From contig CAWHEU010000026.1 of the NCBI GenBank assembly GCA_963828465.1, positions 43,589 through 107,588 on the forward strand: a stretch of DNA of 64,000 bases. Reading direction: 5' to 3'. The notes beneath the pieces were generated by a model. It had not been told where the DNA came from. It made no database searches and saw nothing but the letters and a program-made list of their open reading frames with translations. This DNA comes from an uncultured Acidobacteriota bacterium. Lineage in GTDB: Bacteria; Actinomycetota; Acidimicrobiia; Spongiisociales; ZC4RG35. A program made the position numbers and the translations under genes. Below are positions 58,495 to 64,000 of this stretch, piece after piece (the first letter of the stretch is position 1; each line of letters begins with the position of its first letter).

Positions 58495-59709
58495 TCATGA
58501 CGGCGTCTCCCGCAGCCACAGCGACAGCGATTCGGGCTGCATGGCGGCGCTGGCCGTGTGAATCAGATCACGGCCTAGGTCTTCGATCTCCGGGTCGGAC
58601 CGGAGCCTGACGGCGAATGCGTCTACCACTTGGACGGCGTCGTAGTGCCTTCGGTTGAATCGGCGATCCACCGAGGTCTGAATTCGACGACGGAGGGGGT
58701 TGAAAAGCGCCGCTACCGCCAAGGTCGAGCCGGCCACGGCCAACCCACCTTGGCCCGGGACGAGTCTCCTCAACACGAAGACAGCCCCGACGTAAGCGAC
58801 GACAAGCACGGCCGTGACTAATCCATACCCGATGGTGCGAGAGATGATGCGGTCGATGGCGTAGAGCCGGTAACGGAGGATGGCGACCGCGATCGTGATT
58901 GGGATGAAGGTCAACAGCAGCCCGAAGGGGAGGACCGAACCACCGAGGAGGTCATCGTGTCCCAAGACGGACACCCACATGACCTCCCCCACCAGAGTCC
59001 AGGCCAACATCAAACCGACCGCGAAGCTGAACCATTTGAGCTGGAGTCGCTCCACTCCTTGCGATCTCCGGAACCGCACCGTCATGGAGGCAACGGCGCC
59101 GACAAACGCAGCCAGGATGATCCAACTTGGCATCTCATAGAGGACGCTCCCGTTTTCATCTATTAATCCTTCGACTCCCAGTGGGTTCTCGGTTGAGGGG
59201 ATCTCACCGAGGATCGTGGCCTCGTAGCGCTCCTGAAAGGCTGATGCCAAGACCAAACCGAGGACCGCTACCACACCCAACATCGCCACCCACCGCCAGC
59301 GTCTGGTCGGCGGACGTCCATCGGGGAAGAGGAGCGGCAGGAAGACAAAGACCCCACCGACCACCGGCCACCAAAACCAGTTGGAAAACCACACGAGCCA
59401 GGCCAGGAGGTCACTGGCCACAGCTTCGGACTGGGTGACGGCCAAGACATACTCGTTTGCCGTTCCTCCGAGGAGGGCTAACACCCCTATTCCGGCCAGC
59501 AACCAAGCGAGGCGGTGGCCGGGACGCCTGTAGAGAAGCAGGGCCCCCACCAGCCCGAAGGCGGCGATGCCGAGCCCGATTGCCCGCTGGCCAAGGAGAT
59601 CAGACTCGCCTCGGGAGAGCTGCATCCAATCGGTATAGATCGATGCGGCCACCACCAGGATTAGGACACCAACCGCTGCCAGAGTCGAGATCCAGCTTCT
59701 TCGTGCCGT
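58495..59709 (-). CDS. Polytopic membrane protein resembling the sensor part of actinobacterial histidine kinases, no kinase domain
   Basis: LLFPDGR...RWR, ERLQLKWF, AILRYRLYAID, FNPLRRRIQ..VDRRF, LWLR; frame extends to ACG 59709, 8 nt after AGGAG. Confidence 0.8.
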   Translation of the reverse strand, partial: TARRSWISTLAAVGVLILVVAASIYTDWMQLSRGESDLLGQRAIGLGIAAFGLVGALLLYRRPGHRLAWLLAGIGVLALLGGTANEYVLAVTQSEAVASDLLAWLVWFSNWFWWPVVGGVFVFLPLLFPDGRPPTRRWRWVAMLGVVAVLGLVLASAFQERYEATILGEIPSTENPLGVEGLIDENGSVLYEMPSWIILAAFVGAVASMTVRFRRSQGVERLQLKWFSFAVGLMLAWTLVGEVMWVSVLGHDDLLGGSVLPFGLLLTFIPITIAVAILRYRLYAIDRIISRTIGYGLVTAVLVVAYVGAVFVLRRLVPGQGGLAVAGSTLAVAALFNPLRRRIQTSVDRRFNRRHYDAVQVVDAFAVRLRSDPEIEDLGRDLIHTASAAMQPESLSLWLRETPS

Positions 59710-59768
59710 TGTTGTTTCTCCTGTCGAGCGTTATCTAACCGATGGTCGCTCCGAAATCGTTACGAGAT
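59683..59768 (-). repeat. ~85-bp duplicated leader (candidate ECF promoter + RBS), copy A
   Basis: Matches 61579-61660; minus strand CGTAAC-N17-CGGTT...GGAGAAAC. Confidence 0.8.
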
Positions 59769-60335
59769 GCTCACTTGCCCTCGCCCGAGCCGCGACGCCT
59801 AGTCGCATCAGGGACAGGGCGAAGAGGCCCAGCCCGAGGTAGAACCCGAATCCAGCGAAGAAGAACAGCTCGCCAAAGGGGAAAAGGTTCGTAGCGGCAT
59901 CCAGTCCTAAGCCCAGGGGCAGACTCACCGCGAACACGACCGCGGCCCACCGAGGCCCCGTTCGGGCCCGCCACACGGCCGCGCCCACAGCGCCGCGCCG
60001 GCGAGGAAGACGTATCCCGCCACCACCAAAGGGAAATAGAGCCAGGCTGGCTCCAGGCCCAGGGTGGCTGTAACGGCGATGCCGATGACCATAAGGGACA
60101 GCAGGGCCCCGGCACCCGTTGCGAGGACGAGCGCACCGACCGTGCCCAGGCGCCCATCGCGAGGCCGCCAGGCGGCGTGGAGCTCTCGGGTGGCCAGGAT
60201 CAGCAGCGCCGCAGCCGGTGCCAGGGCCAGCCATAGGCCGGCCCAGGCCATCGGGCCGATCAGGGCCACGACCACCAGTCCTCCGGCCGCGAGGGCGGCG
60301 ATCCCGCCTCTTTGAGCGTTCTGGTTCATCGCCAT
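59731..60335 (-). CDS. Hypothetical membrane protein, frameshift near 59987
   Basis: MAMNQNAQRGG...FLAGAAL continues in another frame as GAAVWRARTGPRWAA...; hydrophobic throughout. Confidence 0.62.
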
Positions 60336-60340
60336 CCTTC

Positions 60341-61591
60341 TCATGCCCCCGGGACTGGCACTTCCAGAGGGTCGCTCCACCGGCTCGTCGGTTCGTCGAA
60401 GACCGCGCCCAGGACCCGATTCGCCAGTTGGACCCCCGACTCCAGGGTGAGCAGCCGCGTGTTGACGAGCATCGCCACCGTCAGGTCGTCCTCCGGGAAG
60501 TCGGCCAGCACGCTGACGAATCCGTTGACCACTCCGCCATGGGACAGGGCGGGGTGTGCCCCGAACTCGCGGATCTGGAGCCCCAGCCCATACGGCACCC
60601 TGGTGCCGTCGGCCAGCACCGTGGGCTCGGACATCTCGCGATATGAGACCGGGTCCAGGAACAACCGGAGCAGCCCGGGCCACCGGGCCAGGTCCGCCGC
60701 CGTCGAACAAAGCCCTCCTGCCGACGACACCATCTCCATGTTGATGGGGGCAGGGTCGACTAACGCCGGGGGCCGACCGAGGCGGAGGGCCCGAGGCCAG
60801 TTGCCATACTGCAGGTCGTATCCATGAGCCCATCGATCGTCGCGTAGCTGCACATCGGGGCAGAACGAGGTCTGGTCGAGTCCGAGCGGCCGGAGGATCT
60901 CGTCCGTCACGTAGTCGGAGTAGGTGGACCCGGTGACCTGCTCGATCACCACCCCGGCGAGCATGTACCCGACGTTGCTATAGGAATGCCCCGTCCCCGG
61001 CTCGAAGTCGAGCGGCTGCAAAGCGACCAGGTCTATGACCTGGTCCCGGGTGTATCCCACGCCACCGACCTCCTCGAGGATGGGGAAAACCGCCACATCA
61101 GACAGACCCGAGGTGTGCGACAGGAGGTTGCGGATCGTGATCCGCCGGCCAGAGGCCGGGTAGTCGGGCAGGTAATCGCTGATCCGATCTTCGAGCGAGA
61201 GTTTCCCCTCCTCGGCAAGGTGGAGGATCGCGGCCGCCGTGAACTGCTTGGTGATTGAGGCCAGCCGGTAGATGGTGTTCGCGGAGGCCGGGACCTCGTC
61301 GGCCAGGTCCGCATACCCGTAGCCCTTGGCCAGCACCGGTTGGCCGCGGTCGACGACAGCGACGGAGAATCCGGCGGCGAGGATCTCGCGCTGGACGGCG
61401 GCGGCTGCTGCGTCCATCCGGGCCCCGAGTGCGGCGTTGGCGTCGACTGCAGTGGTGGAGATCTCGTCTCGGCCTGTCGCGACGCAGCCCGAGAGGACCA
61501 GAACGAGGATCAGGGAGAACCGCCACCTGCAGGGTCGCAAGGGTTCAGCCGCGGTCGCTGATCGCCTCGTCGTGTTCAAGTCGAGGTCCAA
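60341..61591 (-). CDS. Serine hydrolase, beta-lactamase class C/peptidase S12 family, probable lipoprotein
   Basis: SITK, YSN, HGG motifs; LLSHTSG; lipobox LSGC. Confidence 0.88.
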   Translation of the reverse strand: MDLDLNTTRRSATAAEPLRPCRWRFSLILVLVLSGCVATGRDEISTTAVDANAALGARMDAAAAAVQREILAAGFSVAVVDRGQPVLAKGYGYADLADEVPASANTIYRLASITKQFTAAAILHLAEEGKLSLEDRISDYLPDYPASGRRITIRNLLSHTSGLSDVAVFPILEEVGGVGYTRDQVIDLVALQPLDFEPGTGHSYSNVGYMLAGVVIEQVTGSTYSDYVTDEILRPLGLDQTSFCPDVQLRDDRWAHGYDLQYGNWPRALRLGRPPALVDPAPINMEMVSSAGGLCSTAADLARWPGLLRLFLDPVSYREMSEPTVLADGTRVPYGLGLQIREFGAHPALSHGGVVNGFVSVLADFPEDDLTVAMLVNTRLLTLESGVQLANRVLGAVFDEPTSRWSDPLEVPVPGA

Positions 61592-61660
61592 GTTGTGCCG
61601 TTACAGTTTCTCCCGTCGAGTGTTATCTAACCGACGGCCGCTCCGAGATCGTTACGAGAT
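61579..61660 (-). repeat. ~85-bp duplicated leader, copy B
   Basis: gtttctcccgtcgagtgttatctaaccgacggccgctccgagatcgttacgagat vs gtttctcctgtcgagcgttatctaaccgatggtcgctccgaaatcgttacgagat. Confidence 0.8.
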
Positions 61661-61848
61661 TGCACCGTTGAGGCAGTCTCACAACATCTGCCTAGTAGAC
61701 CTCCTCGGCCGGAGGCACGGTCTGCTCCGCCGACTCCGGGCGATTCGAGCTCCTTGCCTGAGGCCCCACACCCGCCAGTATCTCTGACGCCGTGAGCGTT
61801 CCGGGCATGGGCTGAACGGCTCAAACACCGCGGGCGTGGCCGCTCGCT

Positions 61849-62199
61849 ATGGTCGACAGGACGACGACCCGGACCGGAGGACGAGCGGTGCAGCTGGCGG
61901 TCTTCGGCAATCAAAGGGCAACCCTGCCACCGGACTGGACCAGGGAAACCGCCGTTTCGATCCTGGGCGACGTCCGCCTCGACGCGTCTGCCGGCGCCGG
62001 ACCGGACGCAAAGCTCACCTTCATCGGGATCTTCGGGGATCTGATGGTTACGGTCCCCGCCGCCAGCAAGGTGCGGACGAGCGGGTTCAACATCTTCGGT
62101 GACCCTCGCGTCGAGGTTTCCCAAGGAGGGGGACCGGAAGTCAGCGTCCAGAGCTACAGCCTATTCGGCGACGTGACGATCACCGACCGATCGGTTTGA
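61849..62199 (+). CDS. LiaF/DUF2154-like beta-solenoid domain protein
   Basis: Repeated [IL]FGD/ILGD motifs: SILGDVRLD, GIFGDLMVTVP, SLFGDVTI. Confidence 0.6.
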   Translation: MVDRTTTRTGGRAVQLAVFGNQRATLPPDWTRETAVSILGDVRLDASAGAGPDAKLTFIGIFGDLMVTVPAASKVRTSGFNIFGDPRVEVSQGGGPEVSVQSYSLFGDVTITDRSV

Positions 62200-62283
62200 C
62201 CGCGTTACAACGGTTACCAGCCACATCGTCGGCTCCTACCGACGGCGGCACACGTTCAGAACCAGCTGGGATGAAGAGGTGAC

Positions 62284-62532
62284 ATGCAAGCCCGACCTCA
62301 CGGACCCAACCTGATAGCCGCCATCGTCTGCTTCACATTGTCGGCGGCTCTCGCCGTTGCCTCCGTCCTCTTCGTGGTCGTCACCATGCGGGAGTATGGG
62401 CCCGGAGAGGGCTTCGCCGACGTGGCCGGCCAAAGCTTGCCATTCGCTATCGCGGGGTTGGTCGTGGCGGTGCTCTTGGTCTGGGTGGGAAGGCGCCTTC
62501 TCCGAGCTGCCCGGCAACCGGAGGGGAGGTGA
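62284..62532 (+). CDS. Small hypothetical two-TM membrane protein
   Basis: GAGGTG RBS, two hydrophobic segments. Confidence 0.55.
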   Translation: MQARPHGPNLIAAIVCFTLSAALAVASVLFVVVTMREYGPGEGFADVAGQSLPFAIAGLVVAVLLVWVGRRLLRAARQPEGR

Positions 62533-62588
62533 TTGAGCATGGGCGCCAATCACCCCGAACGCTTTCCGATCTGCATCGGTAGACCGGG

Positions 62589-62879
62589 TCAAAACGGTGC
62601 CGGGCCTGACCCAGTTACTGCCGCGGTGCGGAGGGTTCCTTCGTGGACCGGCTGCAGATCGATCGTCCAGGACGCCTCCTCTTCCAGGTCGACCTCTCCT
62701 TCAGATCCGTTCTCAAGCCGTATCCGAGTCACCTCGGTCCAATCGGGCCCGTCGAACAAGGGTGCCTGCACGTGCCCTCCCCACGAGCGGTCCGCGCCGT
62801 TGAGACTTGCCGTAACGAGGTCCACCACATTTCCTGCATGATCGATCAGCTCGGCCGGTCCTTGGTATTCGAATGTCAT
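62589..62879 (-). CDS. Hypothetical protein (DUF4873-like)
   Basis: YQGPAEL...WGGHV...VTGSGPAPF pattern; coding-like composition. Confidence 0.55.
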   Translation of the reverse strand: MTFEYQGPAELIDHAGNVVDLVTASLNGADRSWGGHVQAPLFDGPDWTEVTRIRLENGSEGEVDLEEEASWTIDLQPVHEGTLRTAAVTGSGPAPF

Positions 62880-63532
62880 GGCGTCCCACTTTCCCGACCG
62901 TGACCCCTACAAACCGTGTATCAAACGGGTGACGGAGCCAGGAACGTGCCTCCTTCTACCAGCAAGTGGCTCGAGTCACGTGACCGGCGGCGGCCTAGTC
63001 AACTGCCACCTGGGTAGGTTCGGTCTCAGCGGAGATGGGTTGTGGCATAGATTTCGGCCCGATTGTTTTTCGCGATGTGCTGCGAATAGACGGAAACCCC
63101 CCGGGTGTCCGAGCCGGGAGGTTTCCCTTTTGGGGTCCGGGGAACCGCCGAAAGGAGGGGGGCGGCATGGGTTCCCATCAACCCATTGGTCACTTTCCCG
63201 AATGCGTCCCGTTGGAATCAGCATTTCTGATAGTCCAAAGAAACCCCTCGGGTCTCCGTCAGCGGAGGGGTGTTCTGTGGCCCGGCAACTTCGAGTATTG
63301 GGTGGGGACCGCCCAGATTGTAACGGGCTTTGGAGTACTGTCATCACCCCGACTGGGGTGGCGGGCGCTTCACTTGGAATGCTCGCCGAGCGGGCTGGAC
63401 CTCGTCTCATTTGGGCGATCACGCGGTTTCCGCACGCACGTTGCCAACTCCGGCCCGTTGTCCATAGGCCATCGCGATTCTCCCTTCAGATAGACGCCCA
63501 CTCTCTTCTCTTCATGTTGGTCAGAGAGTTGC

Positions 63533-63604
<72 letters not shown>

Positions 63605-63651
63605 CCGAGGGCGACGATTCTATCGACGGCTCTGCCTCTACCCTCCGCCTC

Positions 63652-64000
63652 GTGAAGTACGTCTCGACCAAGGGTGAGGCCCCGATGTTGGACTTCCGGG
63701 GCGTGCTCGTTGCCGGCCTGGCTTCCGATGGGGGGCTCTATGTGCCCGAGGAGGTCCCTCGCTGCCAGAAATCTGGATGGACTGGTCATATCAACAGGCG
63801 GTCACGGCCACTCTGACCCTGTTTGGTGCAGAACAGGTCGGACCGTTGGTCATCGAGGCAGCCTCCAGATTCGTTCCCGAAGTGGTGGCCCCGGTGGTCG
63901 GTCTCGGCGACCGATACGTCTTCGAGCTGTTCTCGGGCCCGACTCTCTCCTTCAAGGACCACGCCTTGCAGGTGCTCGCAGGCTTGTTGGACCGTGAGGT
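63652..64000 (+). CDS. thrC: Threonine synthase, 5' part; apparent single-base deletion in a C-run at 63756-63758
   Basis: MKYVSTKG...GLASDGGLYVP, then in the shifted frame ELFSGPTLSFKD. Confidence 0.9.

Noticed and set aside
60341-61591. Antibiotic-resistance calls for the serine hydrolase (also the GNAT at 40149 and the Tet(V)-like MFS)
   Set aside because: Family-level motifs only; these families are mostly not resistance determinants and substrate cannot be inferred from sequence
63120-63180. c-di-AMP (ydaO) riboswitch suggested by GGGGAACC and TTGGGGT
   Set aside because: The elements are in the wrong order, and GCTGAATCC and CCCGTCAGCTAAC are absent
63750-63765. Programmed frameshift in thrC
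   Set aside because: No slippery heptamer or stimulatory structure; a homopolymer indel error is more likely

Overview
High-GC actinobacterial chromosomal window. WhiB1, DUF3107, the tRNA-Gln-glmU-prs order and DUF222 point to Actinomycetota; Acidimicrobiia is plausible but is an inference. There are four parts. (1) 0.8-27.7 kb: a large GntR-regulated catabolic cluster of unknown substrate, with two amidohydrolases, two DddP-like M24 proteins, an orphan Mo-hydroxylase large subunit, a small dikinase-like protein, an HMGL-like enzyme, SlcC-like and ComC-like dehydrogenases, an HpcH aldolase, and ABC/TRAP/MFS transport. (2) 27.9-39 kb: core genes (tRNA-Gln, glmU, prs, whiB1 with a perfect CRP box, ligD/ku, PhoX-like and EEP phosphatases). 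(3) 39-46.8 kb: accessory enzymes and an ECF42/YciI pair. (4) 46.86-63.6 kb: a ~16.7-kb integrase-less island at the 3' end of tRNA-Arg(CCG), bounded by an exact 41-bp direct repeat. The island is subdivided by three ~138-bp co-oriented repeats (plus one short remnant), each made of a tRNA-Arg(CCT) 3' half fused to a conserved ~90-bp arm, giving a cassette-array-like layout. One cassette carries a tightly packed operon of an AONS/CqsA-fold PLP enzyme, a multi-TM PAS histidine kinase and an MFS exporter, a candidate undescribed actinobacterial signal synthase/receptor/export system. Many single-base frameshifts, including one in thrC, suggest assembly indel errors. All protein calls come from motif recognition by eye; no searches were run.
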